The notes: generated by a model not told the origin, from the sequence alone. A DNA stretch of 64,000 nucleotides from Eledone cirrhosa (GCA_964016885.1 OZ024741.1:177754001-177818000), one strand, 5' to 3'. Counted from the stretch's first letter, positions 42,737-57,475 are shown. Numbers and translations: made by a program.

Positions 42737-42737
<1 letters not shown>

Positions 42738-42784
42738 GATATTAAACAAATGGAAACTATATTTATAAAACCATATTTATTTCA

Positions 42785-42839
42785 TTATACATATTTCAGG
42801 GATACCATATTAAAAATATGGCATGCCTTCGTCAGATAA
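42785..42839 (-). ncRNA. Type I hammerhead, possibly in the 3' pseudo-LTR of the 44.5-46.7 kb PLE
   Basis: Minus strand: tta t CTGACGA aggcatgccatatt-ttt-aatatggtatccct GAAA tat GTA taa; ~14-bp stem II; ~50 nt before (TA)n. Confidence 0.7.
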
Positions 42840-42937
42840 AATACAATATATAAACAGTTTTATAAATAATTTTGACGTACCATAATATAAGCGACCATTA
42901 AATTAGGAAGCTGTCAGGATAGTGATGTGTTTATAAT

Positions 42938-43415
42938 TATTTACTTATAGTGTTAAGCACAGTTAGAAAAAAGACGGAGAGAAAGAAGAAACGGAGGTAA
43001 AGAAAAACATAGAGAGAGAGAGAGGGGAGAGAGAAAACAAGATATATATATATAGATAGGAGGAGGTGAAAAAGAGAGGCAACCGAAAGCAACAGATAAA
43101 TAATAATAATTCACCATGCATATACAGAGACTCAAGAGAGAGGGAGTACTATATAGCGAGAGAGGATAGTAATTATTTAGTTATAGTGTTAAGCACAGTT
43201 AGAGAAAAGACGGAGAGAGAGAGAGAAAAATAGAGAGAGAAAATATAACTAGATAGGGGGAAGTGAAAAAGAAACAAGAGAGAAATAAGAGAGAAATAAG
43301 AGAGAAATAAGAGAGGCAAAACTAAAGTGGCATATACATAATAATTCATCATACATAAAGATAAGCACAAGAGAGAGGAGAAAGAAAGAGCTATATATAG
43401 AGAGAAGGATACAGT
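42938..43415. repeat. Diverged tandem duplication of a ~235-bp purine-rich unit
   Basis: ttatagtgttaagcacagttaga.aaaagacggagaga at 42945 and 43181. Confidence 0.85.
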
Positions 43416-44488
43416 TACATCTTTACGTCATGTCATATCAATTTGAATTATCAATTCATATGAAATGGATAATAAGAATGTCAATATCAATGTTCATGAA
43501 TGAGACATAGATATATAATATGAGAAAATAACTTTGTTCAATAATGACCATATGTTTAGTTTAAAACTCTGAGGTAAATGTACCAAAATCTGAGATAAAC
43601 CTTCAAAAAATTACCCTATTTATAAAAATACGGAAATATATATGTATATATATATACACGTATATGTACTTTCTGAAAAAAGAAAAAGAGAAAGTTATGT
43701 CTAGCTCTAGTCAATAATATAGACATACACATGACTTCACCTGATCAACAATTTCTTGTGTCATAAAAAGAATTTCTTGTGTTATAAAGATTTCACTATA
43801 TATATACATAAAATATACGATTAATATTCATGTCCTCACATATATGATTACCGTTCATGTATTTAATATTATGCATATCTGTAACATATACAGAACCATA
43901 CCTATATATATATATATATATATGTATATACAAGATATCTGCGTCAGTTTTGCAGCATCTTTATGCACACATACAGACACATGAACACATAAAATAAACT
44001 CTATAAACCTTCTATATGCATGTTAATACACATATGGCCTTTGTATAGAGATAATCAAATATCAATATATCAGCACAGAAACATCAAAACACTAAAATAC
44101 TTTCAACACACTATAGAGTATCTCAGGCCAAAAATAATATGCTTCATATATTTACTACAGAAATCAATCCTTCCTATTTTTCAAACAATATATTGCAAAG
44201 TCATTTAGAAGCTATCAGAGTCAAAAAGCATATAAAAAACAAAAATTATTTAACAAAAATTATTTAAAAGATTTAGAAGACCCAGTGATTCTATGGATGC
44301 CCTTATATTTAGTATAGAAATTTATCTTGCGTAAAATGTATTTAATACATTGGCAGCATATACATTTTAGAGTAGTTTATTACATCTTTGTTTATATTTA
44401 TGAAGAAGGTTTAAAAAGAAAAAGGAGAAGGAATCAAAAGATTTATCGTCAGGTTTCATATATTAACTAAATTTCTTAATTAATTATA

Positions 44489-46705
44489 CTACATTTTAAA
44501 TTTATATTTATATTTAAACGTTGAGTTCAATCTATGTCTGCAGCAACTGAATAAATTGATCCTTAAATTAAGGGAATTTTTGTACTTTAATATAAAGAAT
44601 ATCTCCTCCACACAGAGATCACATGTCTCTGATGAGGAATTAAAAGGAATCCCTTTTGAGACAATATTCCAAAACATCGAATACTCAACATTATCTCGTT
44701 TAGGTTGCCAGAGTAGGCTTGATAGCGAAGTTGAGGATTATTTGTTTGGATCTGTGAAAGAATTCTTATGATTATTGAAGCGAAGTTTAAATTCTGTCGA
44801 GGTGGAACCAACATAGTTGAAAGAATTTAAGTTAGTTTTAACATTACAATTGTATACTACATTTTTAACTAAGCAATTGTTATTTAACGGACAGTTAGAT
44901 TTATTTCTACAGTTACAGTTATTTAATTGAATATTGTTTGGGTTATTATTGGTATTTTGGTTAGGTTTTAAATTCCTATTATTAATTCTGTTAATATTTT
45001 GTGCTAAATTTTTGGTGGACGAGTAAGTTAATTTTATAGTATGTCTATTAAAAATTGAGTGATATTTATGTGTTCTAGGGAAGCGTTTGTCAAGGGCATT
45101 AAAGATTAGTTTAGCAATATGGGTTTTAATATTTAGTGAAAAGGGGGGGGGGGGACAAACCATATTATATTTCTAGTTCTATTTCTTTTTCGGCTTTTGG
45201 AATTATTGTAATGTTTTCTATTATAGTTGTTAATGTTGTTACCGTAATTAAAATTGTTATTATTTTGGTTAGTTTGCTTATTATTATCGATGTACTTAAT
45301 TTTATCGCTATATCCTGCTCTAGCTAACGCTTCATTGTAATACTGCGCTTTTTCGTCAAAAATATTTGTATTAGATGAAATTCTTGAAATTCGTTCTTGA
45401 ACAGAGTTCACTATAGTATTTTTAACAGATCTGGGGTGAAAATTGACATAATTCAAGTTCTCATTTAGTTTGTGAAATGGTTAGTGAAGACATGTGTTGA
45501 GATTTAGTGTTACATCTAGGAAATTGACTATTCTATGGTTATTCTCTATTTCTATTTTTAGATTAAGGTAATTAAAAAATTGTATAATTTGTTTTCTTTT
45601 TTATTTAGTTCACAGTTATTATTTTCAATAAGTAAAAGCATGTCATCACGATATAATCCTCCGGTTACACCTGGTATTTTTCTATGCAGCGAATTAATTA
45701 TAAATAGGCCCACAAGGTCCGTTACCTGAGCTGAGTCAGATGATCCCATAGTTATGTCGAAATTATTATCTCTATCTGCCCTAGTCCATAGTTGGTTATT
45801 AAATTCAATCAATGTTTTCCTTGCCGATAATATAATGTGCATTTCATTGCTAGTTAGGTCTGTATGTTTAAATGCGTAATTTAGTGCCTTATTCAGTAGA
45901 TTAGGAGTGATAGATGAATAGTAGTTAGCAATATCAAGTTGAATAAACTTATTATTATAGTTATATTTAATTTCTTTAAACCACTCAATAACCTCACCAG
46001 TCCCTTTCCATAACTTCAAGTAAGGTAAATTATGTAAGGTTTTAATTTGCTGTATTACCCTGTCTAGAATGTTTTTGCTAAGTTTTCCCAGGTCAGATTT
46101 TGATGGTGCAATCAATCTGACTGGCAAATCCTTTTCAAAATTTCTTTTGTGATCTTTCATATTGATCTTGGGTTTCCTAGCATGAAGGGTTGTGTTTTAT
46201 TCTCAATGTCTAATTCATGCATTATACAAGATGCCTCTGTATTTATTTTTTCCAGTTCGTCCTTACTTGCTACCTTGTACTTTTTCCTTAGTTCTTTCAA
46301 TATAAGGCCATTATACATGTCCTTTTGTATTCCATAAAGTTTATTGGTTTTGTCCGATTTCACTAAGATCTTCTCTGTTCTTTCCAAGCCTTCAATATTA
46401 TCCTTAATGCATCTTAGATAGTCCTGGCCTTTGAAGTTTCTCTTGAATTTGATTCCTTGGATGATAGAAATTATATCGTTTTCAAAATCCAATAATAGTT
46501 TGTTGGGGGGTGGATTTTTTTTAGATTTGGAAACTTTATCCAAATCTGAAACATTTTCATTTAGATTAGATTTATCAAAGTGGAAGGCACGCCACCTGAT
46601 TCTTCTTATAAAATAGTCTGATTTTTCTATTAATTGTTTAATAAAGTCTTTGGTCTTAGGTAGAGGTATGTCTTTTAGAGAAGAAGATATCTTAAAGAAT
46701 TCCAT
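44489..46705 (-). pseudogene. Full-length but disrupted PLE ORF (RT + C-terminal GIY-YIG), Hydra-clade-like
   Basis: Consecutive ORF pieces: VKSDKTNKLY; KDHK..PVRLIAP; LDIANYYSSI; ITMGSSDSA; GLYRDDML; NIIWF.PP; CNCRNKSNCPL (CxCx5C); VVY...YVGST..FKLRFNNH; CDLC; CCRH. Confidence 0.9.
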
Positions 46706-47769
46706 TTTTTCAGTTATAATATAAAGCGCTCAACAATATTGGAGCAAAAATATAGTGTATATGTATATATATATATTTATTTATTTATATATATATGTGT
46801 GTGGGGGTGCGGGGGTGTATGTGTGTGTGTCTAAATATATTTATGAGAAACCTTTTTCTGCATTATGTATAGATCAATTGATAATTATAATTCAAGGGAG
46901 GCTTTCAGTCTAATAAACAACTGATACACGAGTTGAGTAGACTTTATAAAATGATGTAGGTATCATATAAGCTTATTTAGGTCATGTATAAAACTCAATA
47001 TAAATATTTATATATTGACAGACAGACATGAGAGGGAAATATTTATTCAAACCTAAGACAAAAGGAAATTTTAGATTCACTTCAAATTGGCTTAATTATT
47101 CACTCTTCGTTAATTGATGTAACAACTTCGAAGCGAATCCATTCATTAGCAATCATTATATATTTGAATTCTGTAGAAAACGTTTGCTGCACACACACAC
47201 ACACACACACATACACACACACGCACACACACAAACAAACAAACATACGCACACAGCCTCAAACAAATTCGCCAATGTTTGTATGTGGGTGTAGCAATTC
47301 GAATATCATAATGTACCTATTAATTCCTAAGAGTCATCCAGTAGGTCACACTTCAAGCTCCATAAAACTCATGACATAAATCCGAATTAAACGTTATTGA
47401 ATGCATTTGACATATATGCAATAAGATTAATGTTCAATAGTTAATCCGAGTTTCTACAAAATTTTAATTGGAATTTGCTGCTCTAAATGTATACAGCAAT
47501 CTTCATGTCTCAAACACAGGGAAAGGATACAACTTTCTAAACTTAAGATGCAAAACGCCTCAACATTCCACAAACATGTCTACTCATAAGGCATATCTTA
47601 AAAATATCCATCAAGACAGAATGTACGATACGTATGACACATTGACGTACAATTACAACTATTGTAACGTGAATTAATGATGCTTAATCAAAGGCTAAAC
47701 GCACCACCTTGAATATAATCACGCCTGTGTGTGAATATATATTGCGAACATTCTTATAAAAATTTGATC

Positions 47770-49915
47770 AGGAACGTGTGCGACATTCCCCAACATTTAT
47801 AGATTATCGTAGATTTGGCTGAAGTCGAGTGGACTGGATTTAGTAAGACAACTACAGATGAATGCCACAACCTTCGTACAGAGTTGATAACACCAAGATT
47901 GAAGATTGAGTGGGATTCACCTTGAACAAAACCAGAGTGAGCTCAGACACCAGCTGTAGACTAGTATGCGGTATTACCATCAAAGCAAAATATGCACAAA
48001 CACATTTGAATTGGAGAAACAAAGATCGTGGACACCGCCTCCTAGAATTTGTCAGCTCCCACAAGCTGACTTTAGTCAAAAAGCTGTTCCCACGCATGAA
48101 CTCACGAAGAGCAGCATAGCATGCATCGATTGTCAGGACTCACAACTAAATTGACGTCATCACCAAACCAAACATGTTCAAGTCCAGTATAAATAAAGCA
48201 AGGTCTAGGACCTTTCCTGGTGCAGAGGTAATCAGTAGTCAAGATTTGTTTCTGGTGACACTAAAGCTTATATTGTAAAGGAATCATAACATGGGAGCCA
48301 CACGTATCAGGTTTGATGTAGATATGCTAAGAGATCCTAGTGTTGCATCAATGTTTGCGGCAAACGTATGTGGCAGGTTTGCAGCCTTTAAGCATTTAGA
48401 TGATTTTTCCTTGACAGAAAACATCAAGAAAGCAGTTCATGAAACAGCTTTAAAAGTGATGAAGAAAAAGAGAAGGAAATATAAAACATGGGTCACTGAT
48501 AATATGACATCTTAAATATATGATTAAATACGTGATTTGAAGAAGATTAAACTAACAGATCGGGCGGCAAGATAGCAATATAACGCTGTGTATATGAAGG
48601 TCAGGAAGAAAGTGAGGGAAGCCAAAGAGAATTGTGTATCAGACCAATGTAAAAAACATCGAAGTTGGTGTAAGAAAGAGCAGAAGCAAGGCTTCTTATA
48701 AAAACCTTTCAAATGCTAACAAAAGGAGAGCAGAACACCCCCGCAGCGGTTGACGAGAAAACTGGCTTTCACCTCACAGAGGATGCTCTTGTTCTGAGCA
48801 TTGCATAGCACTTTATAATCACAAAATCAGACATGGCATCAATATCCGAGACAATTCCAGCAATTCTCCAGAAGCAATCCGAAGATGCGGGGGAAACGCC
48901 TGGAGTCGAGTCGATAACATTCCATCTGTGCTCCTAAAATAGGAAGCAATTTCATACAAATAAATAGTGCACTATATAACAACTCAAATAGTGAGGTTCT
49001 TCTGAATAACAGCACTGGAGAATTCTTCAGGACACCAGCTGGAGATCGACAACGGTGTCTCCTTTCCCCAGTGTTCTTCAAAATGTTCCTGGAGAACAGT
49101 ATGCAAAAAACTCCCTTAGACATCCATGCCTCAGTTTCCATTGGAGGCGCATTTCCAACCTGCGATTTGCTGATGATATTAACCTGTTACGGAAGAGAGG
49201 AACAGATCTGCAAGAGCTCACTACCAAATTGAAAATAAAGTATCACGAGCATATCGAATAGAGATAAGCTCAGAGAAGAGCAAGATTCTGGTTAACACTA
49301 ATAATCAGAATACGACAACCAACATCCTTCTGAGAGGGGGAAGATTTGAAGATGTAGATACCTTCAAGTACCTAGAGTCCACTCTGACCAAAGATAGCAG
49401 ATCGCAAAAGGAGATGCTCACAAGACTCACTCTGGTCACTTCTGCCATGAGAAAGCTCACTGTCATATGGTAAAGGAACTCTACCAGTTTTCCAACAAAG
49501 CTCAAACTGTACACGTCCTTGGTGAATTCGATCCTTTTGTAAGGGAGTGGTAGATGCTTTGTCACAGGTGACATGGAACGAAGGATCCAATGATCTCAGC
49601 ACTGGTGACACAAAAAGATGCTAGGCAACAAGTTAACAAATATACTGACAGACAGCAACCATTCTTTGCGATCGTGAAGAGAAGGAAGTTTGCCTGGTAT
49701 GGTCATATATCCCGCCACAACTAATATTTCAAAACCATCATTGAGGAGAAAGTCAGGGGAGCCCGAAGAAGAGGCGGGCAAAAACATGCTGGCCTGACTA
49801 CATCAAAGGCATGGCAGGCCGCCCTTCTACAGATGACGGAGCATAGAGAATAATGGTCAAAACTAACTATAAAAACGTATGGTGTAGAACGCCAACGAAT
49901 TGCTGCACCATTTGC
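47770..49915 (+). mobile_element. Decayed RTE-like LINE (APE + RT)
   Basis: RGHRLLEF, RTFPGAE, GEFFRTPAGDRQRCLLSPVFF, ISNLRFADDINLL, FKYLESTL; ends in a (GAT)n tail. Confidence 0.88.
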
Positions 49916-49933
49916 GATAACATGATGATTGTT

Positions 49934-49992
<59 letters not shown>

Positions 49993-50288
49993 GAAAGAAG
50001 AGAAAGAAGAAAGAAGAGAAAGGTGAAGAGAAAGTGATTAGGTATGCAGATTACAAGCCGGTAGAGAGAAGGTTAGTGCGCTCAATGCATATATATTGCG
50101 AGACAAACGAGCCATGCAAGTAGATGGAAAAAGAGATAGTTTAACAATCGTATTATAAACAAACCCAAAAAATCATATTTAGAATGGTGGTGAGAACAGA
50201 CATTTATCAATACAAATACGTGTGTTTATAAATCCTTGTTGTTCTCTCCAGCATTCTAAATATGATATATATATATATATATACGCAG

Positions 50289-50364
<76 letters not shown>

Positions 50365-50404
50365 GGGATAACAAATCATTGTTATAGGTAGTCCAGTCTC
50401 GCAA

Positions 50405-50510
50405 GCTCTGATGAATTAACTGGTCATAACTATGTATTGGTGATCGATTGACGCAGAAACAGGCGGGTAGCGATCTCTAGACCTACCAATTCAGAGAAAA
50501 AGTTGTCAGC
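50405..50510 (+). ncRNA. Hammerhead with enlarged stems II and III, in a TA-flanked element (50363-50562)
   Basis: gct CTGATGA(50408) [ttaactggtca/tgatcgattga] GAAAC ag..ggtag/ctacc..ttG TC agc. Confidence 0.55.
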
Positions 50511-50557
50511 AATGTGATTAAAGCGCTTATTGTATAGCAAACCATGTCACTATTCTT

Positions 50558-50746
<189 letters not shown>

Positions 50747-50872
50747 ATATATATACATATATACACACACATACATACATATATATGTATATATTGGGAG
50801 AGAGAGGGGGAGAGAGGGGGAAAGAGGGAGAGGGAGAGGTAAAGAAACATAATTCCAGAGAAAATACACCAT

Positions 50873-50911
<39 letters not shown>

Positions 50912-51475
50912 TAAATACATATTACAGAAAGTAATATGTACTCAAGATAGAATCATTAGAGACGCTATAGCGCTGTTTGGTATTCCGTAGACTGTCTGTC
51001 AATTAAAATAAATATACGAACCGGTTATCGACTACAAACTATCAATTATAATGCAGCTACAGGGCACTCAGAATATTCATCAGGGGTATAGAGTACAGAA
51101 TTCTGAGAGAAATATATAAGCAAAAATAGTACATGGAACAATATACAGATATACAGAGGAAAATCTGACGCGACACAACATATTGAAAACCGCATGAAAA
51201 CACATAGTGCGACGAGGTCAAACTCTAGGCAAGTGATATAAACAAAAGTGATTTTGCTAGAGATAGGTGCGGAAATTATAGTCACATCAGCTCAACAAGT
51301 TAAGAATCTTGGAGCTGTTTTATAGAAATGTAACATATTAACTAAGTTACTATTATGCACTTCTCAATAATCTCAATAGACATTATCCAGAGAAAACCTG
51401 TTGCGTTTGTGTGTATGTATATATATATATACGTATACACACATACACATACACACACACACAGACACATATATA

Positions 51476-51547
<72 letters not shown>

Positions 51548-52611
51548 CATATATACTCTATGTTAAATAAATAAACATTTTGAACGCCCAGCTATGAACA
51601 TTGAAAAGCTGACAGCTGTCGCCGTTTAGGGGATTCCAGCAAAAGCAGCAAGAGACAACTGTCTATGCGTATTTTGAGCAATTGCCTCTCATTGGGAGGA
51701 AGCTTACTTTCTCTCTTCTGGAGATTGAAAACATGGGAAATTATAAAGTATTTTCGCCTGTGTAGGTTCTTTGATAGTCTCATTTGCATATGAAGCCATA
51801 TAAGTTCGCTCAACTTAAAAGTAGAATTAAATTTACCTTCAGCATATCTGTACGTGATATCCAAAATTCTAAAGATATACGGTATGTTTAATAAATAAAT
51901 ATTTCGTAAGCCCAGCTAGTCGATTCCAATAGAAGAAGCGATGGACAACTGTCTATGTGTATTTGGAGGTAATGGATCTCATCGTGACAGTGCTTCCCAG
52001 CTTTCTGCTGCAACTTAAAAACAAGCTCTTATACAGCTACGACGAAGCTAAATTTGAATTCTACTTTCAAGTACAGCGTCATATTCAAATGAGGCTAATC
52101 GGACCACATATATATTATCGCCTGTTTTCAAGAATCGTCTAGACCAAAGGGGGTGTTTGGGAACTCCAGGTGGGCGTTTGGAAGCAAGGTCCCGTTAGGG
52201 GGGGAGAGCTTGAGAGGGGCGGACTAGGGTGGCGCTGGAAAGCTCTTTACTTTGGTAAGATTTATAACTCATATTTGTATGTCTTTGAGACAGCCAGTGT
52301 GAATGCATTTGAATGAGCTTGCAGGCAGCATAACTATGGTCTGACCGCAGCTGTGAGCAGGTGTGCAGGCGTGTCCGGTGATTGAGACATTAACCGGTAA
52401 TTGAGATCCTAAAAATGGAAAAACCCACAGTTAACTGAGTCAAGGACACTTTGAGCGCAACCAGTTTGAATCGTATCTTTCCTTCACAGATAACAATGTA
52501 TTTCATGACTGAAATTATTGACTCAACCGTAACGAGTTAACACTATGTCTATCTATTTTATTCCCTATTGTATAAATAATATTACAAATAATAAAAAGAA
52601 AAGAAAAAACA

Positions 52612-53097
52612 GAAGCGGGTAGCACACACATGTAGGACCACATACAACACATAATCATATAATACAAACATCTAGGACCACCTACAACACATAAGCAGGT
52701 AATACAGACATCTAGGACCACATGCAACACATAAGGAGGTAGCACACACACACATCTAGGACCACATAAAACACACAGGCAGTTAATACATACATCTACG
52801 AACACATATAACACATAAGCAGGTAATACAAACATCTAGAAACACATACAACACATAATCAGGTAATACAAACATCTAGGACCACATACAACACAATCAG
52901 GTAATACAAACATCTAGGACCACATACTACAAATAAGGAGGTAATACACACGTCTACGACTACATACAACACACAAGCAGGTAATACATACAGCTGGGAC
53001 CACATGCAATACATAAGCAGGTAATGCATGCATCTAGGACTACATACAACACACAGGTAGGTAATACATGCATCTAGCACTACATACAACACACATT
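52612..53097 (+). repeat. ~40-bp minisatellite, about 12 units
   Basis: Unit aggtaatacaaacatctaggaccacatacaacacataagc. Confidence 0.92.
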
Positions 53098-54170
53098 GTA
53101 TCATGTGCTACGGACGACGCAAGAGCAATGGTCGGCCAACATAAGGGCTTCGGCACTCTTCTGAAGAGAGAAAATCTATCTGTATTTGCTGTTCATTGTG
53201 TCATTCATCGACAACATTTTGCTGCGAAGAAACTCAGCAAGCTGCTGAGCAAGTCCTTGCAGGTGGCCATTGATGTCATCAATTTCATCACACGGCATTC
53301 CCTCAATGGACGAATTTTCCGGCAACTGTGCCAAGATAATGACGAAGAATTCGTCAAGTTGCTCCTTCATACTGAAGTGAGGTGGCTTTCAAAGAGCAAG
53401 TGGCTTACTCACTTCTTTGAACTCTTCGACTATATCATTGAGTTTCTGCGAGGACGCAACACAGAACTGTACAAGAAAACCCTCAACGTGAGGCAAGACT
53501 GCGCCTACCTCACCGACATCTTCGACAAATACAATAGCGTCATTTTGGCTTTGTAGGGGAAAAAGATCATCTTGCTTAAAGCAAGAAATACTGTGAAAAC
53601 ATTCCTGGCCAAATTGAATGTCATAGAAAGGAATCTTTGTTGACGGGAATTCTATAATGTTCCTAGTGTCGCCAATGTTCAAAACATTGTAAGCGATGAC
53701 CAACTCCAAATTGATGCCACTCACCTCTGTGCGCTACAAGAAAACACGAGAGAACGGTTTGTCGACCTTTTGCCGATGGACATCTCAATGTGGATAGCAG
53801 ATCCTTTCATAGCTAACGTCGAGGATTTGGACATTAAATTTCAGGAAGAATTCATTGAAATTCAATCAGATGACATGATCAAAATTAGATTTCCCAAAAT
53901 AGGTGAACCACTTGTTTGATGCAAGAGGAAATTCAGCGTCGATTTCCACACCTACATGCAGAGGCTAAGAGATTTGCTCTGCCTTTTCCAAGCTCATACT
54001 GAGTTGAGAGGAGATTTGGAAGGAGGTTCGGTGCTGTTTCCAGACTGTACAGTAAGGCTCGCAACCGCTACAATGTAATTACACGTGGAGATCTCTGACT
54101 ACATCTTAGGAAAATTCAGCCTCACGTCAAAGAGTTAGCTAGACTCCATGAAACTCAAGGGTCTCATTGA
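53095..54170 (+). pseudogene. hAT transposase, catalytic and dimerisation region, with stops
   Basis: ATDDARAMVG, VHCVIHRQH, LLHTEVRWLS, AYLTDIF, FQEEFIEIQ, LPFPSSY.VER.F. Confidence 0.92.
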
Positions 54171-54959
54171 AATGAGTCAAAGTTAAAGTATGTTGATTTA
54201 TCCAAAAACTTGGATATGCTATTGTTACAAAGCAAACTGACAATTTTGTTTATTTGTAGTTTCAGTCTGACTGGACTGGAAACCATCTACTATAATTAAT
54301 TTAATCATTTGTTGAATATATTTTACCATTTACTAATAAATATACCCTCCCGTGTGGTCATGAAAACCCTCTTCTGTGGTATCTAAGCTCAGAAAGCAGA
54401 GGGGACCTCTAGACAGAGGGGACCTCTAGACAGAGGGGACATCATGTTAGATATCAACATTTATTCTGTCCGTTTCATTAAAGTGAAAATTAGAAAGTTT
54501 TGAAATGATATAATTGCCACTTTCTTCCAGATAAGAGCACTCTTGAGATAGACAGAGTTGCTCTTGTATAAATGTTCAAAATAGCTGGTATCGCCTGCTG
54601 GGAATATAACAAATTCAACTGGTCCTTATTCATATAAAAGAACATTTATGTTCCTTTTTTTTAAATTTATATATTACCTTTCAAGGAATGTATTTATACT
54701 CTCAGCTGCCTGCAATGGTATCTTTGGAATATTGTTAATCAATTTTTTTGTAATCTACTGATATCAAAATCAGTAGTATATTGAAAAATGGAAAAATAGG
54801 GTAGGGGACGTTTCGTGATTTCGAGGGACAAAATGGGTTGAGAACATGTGGTCTAGACGGCGCTGGCCGTCAGTCTTTCAATATCCATTGTTCAGCTTTC
54901 AAAATGTTTATTTATGAAACATACCGTATATCTTTAGATATATGAAATTTACATATATA

Positions 54960-55057
54960 AAGGAACGATCGACTTTCGTCAAATCGGACCGAGGGAACAA
55001 TGTTTCCGTTGGTCTTTCCAATTGCTAATACTATCTATCGGTCGCAACTCCAGGTAG
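54960..55057 (-). mobile_element. 5'-truncated SINE family B copy with a 14-bp TSD
   Basis: Nearly identical to 28821-28916; aatttacatatata at 54946-54959 and 55058-55071. Confidence 0.85.
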
Positions 55058-55169
55058 AATTTACATATATATACGTATACAATCATACCGAATCTAAAAT
55101 GTATATATATATATATATATATATTATTTCATTGCATTGAATTTAACCATATGTAAGCCCGTATTTTGT

Positions 55170-56347
55170 ATACCATGCCGCATACATAACCCACACCAAA
55201 AATCACACTAACCACGACACACCATATTAATAACCACCTATACCCCGTCTCAACAGCGCCCACCTAAATGAACTTATTGTATTGTACTCCATGTTACCAT
55301 TTCTAAGCCCACATTTGTATATCATGCCGCACACATCACCATCACCACCACCACCAAAATTCACATCAACATACACACCTCATAGTTGCAACATCGTATT
55401 AAATCGGTATCCTATGATATGTTCTACCTTGCAATCCACAATGACAAGGGACCTTGTAAATACAATGTCGATCATATCACACCATCGCCACCACCACCAC
55501 ACCACACATCGTCATGTGCCTACCATACACACCTACAACCTCATCCCCCCATGTTTCCTCTATCTACCCTAATCTACAACTGCACGCTAAATTCGACCCT
55601 GTAACTGTACTGTCGCACGCACACACAACCACCGCCACCACTAAATACATCCACATACTTCAACAATCATTATCATTAACATCATCAACACATATCATCC
55701 CTCGCTCCCAAATCGACTGTATTATATACCCCCCACCCCCCATCTGCCTACCATATAACACACCGTAACCTCTGATCATGTAATCATCTTGTTGAACATA
55801 TCACCCCAACACCACCACCATCAACATGTCCACAACACACATCGCTGTACGTCCATAAACGCTTTACCCCCGCGTTCCCTATGTCACCTTTTAACCGGTA
55901 TTCGATCCGGTATATATATTTTTGTCCCTCACAACTCCACCACCACCACAAAACACAACTCCATACTTCCTCAACACCGACAACACATACCTCCACTCCC
56001 CAACCAACAATAGTGTGTGTGTCTGTGTGTAAGTATTTTTACTCATACGGGCGTTTTAAGTGTGCGTGCGTGTACGCAAATTTATGTGTATGTGTGTGTA
56101 TGTGTATGTGAACACATGTGTATGCATATGTCTATGTGTGTGTATGTATATATCTGTATATATATATGTGTGTATGTGTATGCATATGTGTATGTGTGTG
56201 TATATGTGTATGTGTATGTATGTGTGTGTATGTGTACGTCTACATATATGTATATGAGTAAATCTGACTGTATGTGTAGGTGAGCTCATATATGCGCATG
56301 TATGTGTATATGTGCGTGTATGTGTGTGTTGTCGGTACATGTGTGTG

Positions 56348-56378
<31 letters not shown>

Positions 56379-57105
56379 GTGTGTGAGTATACGTGTGTGC
56401 GAGTGTGTATGTGTATATCTTGCATACATGAGTGTGAGTCCATGTGCCCATACCCATGTGTATGTATGTGTATGTAAATATGTAAAACACCCTCTACATC
56501 GCCTCTCACCTTCCCCCCATCTCTGTCGTTCGCCACCCCCACCGATACTCCCCCACTCTCCATATTCGTGTCCGCATGCGCGCATACACATACATGTGTG
56601 TAAATATACATATGGCTTTGTGTGAGTGTATGCCGATATGTGTGGGCAAGGATGTGCGTACGTGTTTTATGTTGTGTGTGTTTATACAACAATATATGTG
56701 CACATATATACATATATGTGTGTGCGTATACGTATATACAAGGTATCTGTCAGACGAAGAGCGTCTAAATATGTATCTATGTAAGGACCTGACGCCACCA
56801 ATACATCCACCACACCACCACAAACGCCGCTACCATAGACAACGGCACCACTACCACACCCCCACCCACACGCCAACCCGTCTACTGACAATCCACTAAC
56901 CTCATACCACAGCCCATCCCACTAAATAACCTTAACCACCACCATATCATCACATCCACCCCCACATACTCTACACGCCAAGGCCAACCCACCACCACCA
57001 CATCACAGCCCACCTCTTCCACAGACCGTCACCAACATCTCACCATCACACCCACCCCCATATACACTACAGGCCAGTACATCGCCTTGATCCTTCCCAC
57101 CAATC
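55170..57105. repeat. Low-complexity CAC-rich and (GT/AT)n degenerate satellite region
   Basis: Base composition seen directly. Confidence 0.8.
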
Positions 57106-57187
57106 AAAACAACTCATTTTGGCAAACTCTTGAAACTCTGACTTTACCACATAGCATGTATTTCATTGTCTTATAGCATTTTAAGAG

Positions 57188-57280
57188 TGTCCGTCGAGCT
57201 GCCGATCTGCCGATTATTGAGTCGGGTAGGATCGATATAGATCGAACCTTGAGCTGATCAGTGGCGAAACGCGCGTCACC
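57188..57280 (+). ncRNA. Degenerate hammerhead in a PLE-like tail ending in (TA)n at 57436
   Basis: CCGTCGA(57191) gctgccgatc..gatcagtggc GAAAC gcgc GTC acc, followed by AATAAA. Confidence 0.5.
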
Positions 57281-57433
57281 TATCAATAAATGCAATGAAG
57301 GAATAATCAATCGTCCTTTTTATCCTTTCTATATTTTACACTCTGTATAGCTCTACACATCATCACAGAAGTGAACCTAAACATCGAGTGCTCACCCGGG
57401 TGAAACTGCAGTAACTCCTAGTTACACCCTCTG

Positions 57434-57464
<31 letters not shown>

Positions 57465-57475
57465 ATACATATATA

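Larger units (their letters stand above)
52145..54850 (+). mobile_element. hAT transposon, Buster/Charlie group
   Basis: 8-bp TSD GTCTAGAC at 52137-52144 and 54851-54858; right end GGGTTGAGAACATGTG; left TIR degraded. Confidence 0.88.
51560..54945. mobile_element. Old foldback/duplicated element interrupted by the hAT transposon
   Basis: tctaaagatatacggtatgttt (51868) is inverted at 54917-54938; 51565-51630 matches the reverse of 54855-54915; 51780-51835 is inverted at 52049-52093. Confidence 0.6.

Noticed and set aside
44628-44650. CTGATGA motifs at 44629, 49170, 20689, 29933(-), 35484(-) and 40343(-)
   Set aside because: No stem II/GAAA/stem I arrangement; two of them lie within TE coding sequence.
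44489-46705. Selenocysteine recoding (Naiad-type PLE)
   Set aside because: The endonuclease is C-terminal, and the interruptions are frameshifts and a TAA, not in-frame TGA codons at Cys positions.
52612-53097. CRISPR-like array
   Set aside because: Contiguous tandem units without unique spacers; eukaryotic context with no cas genes.
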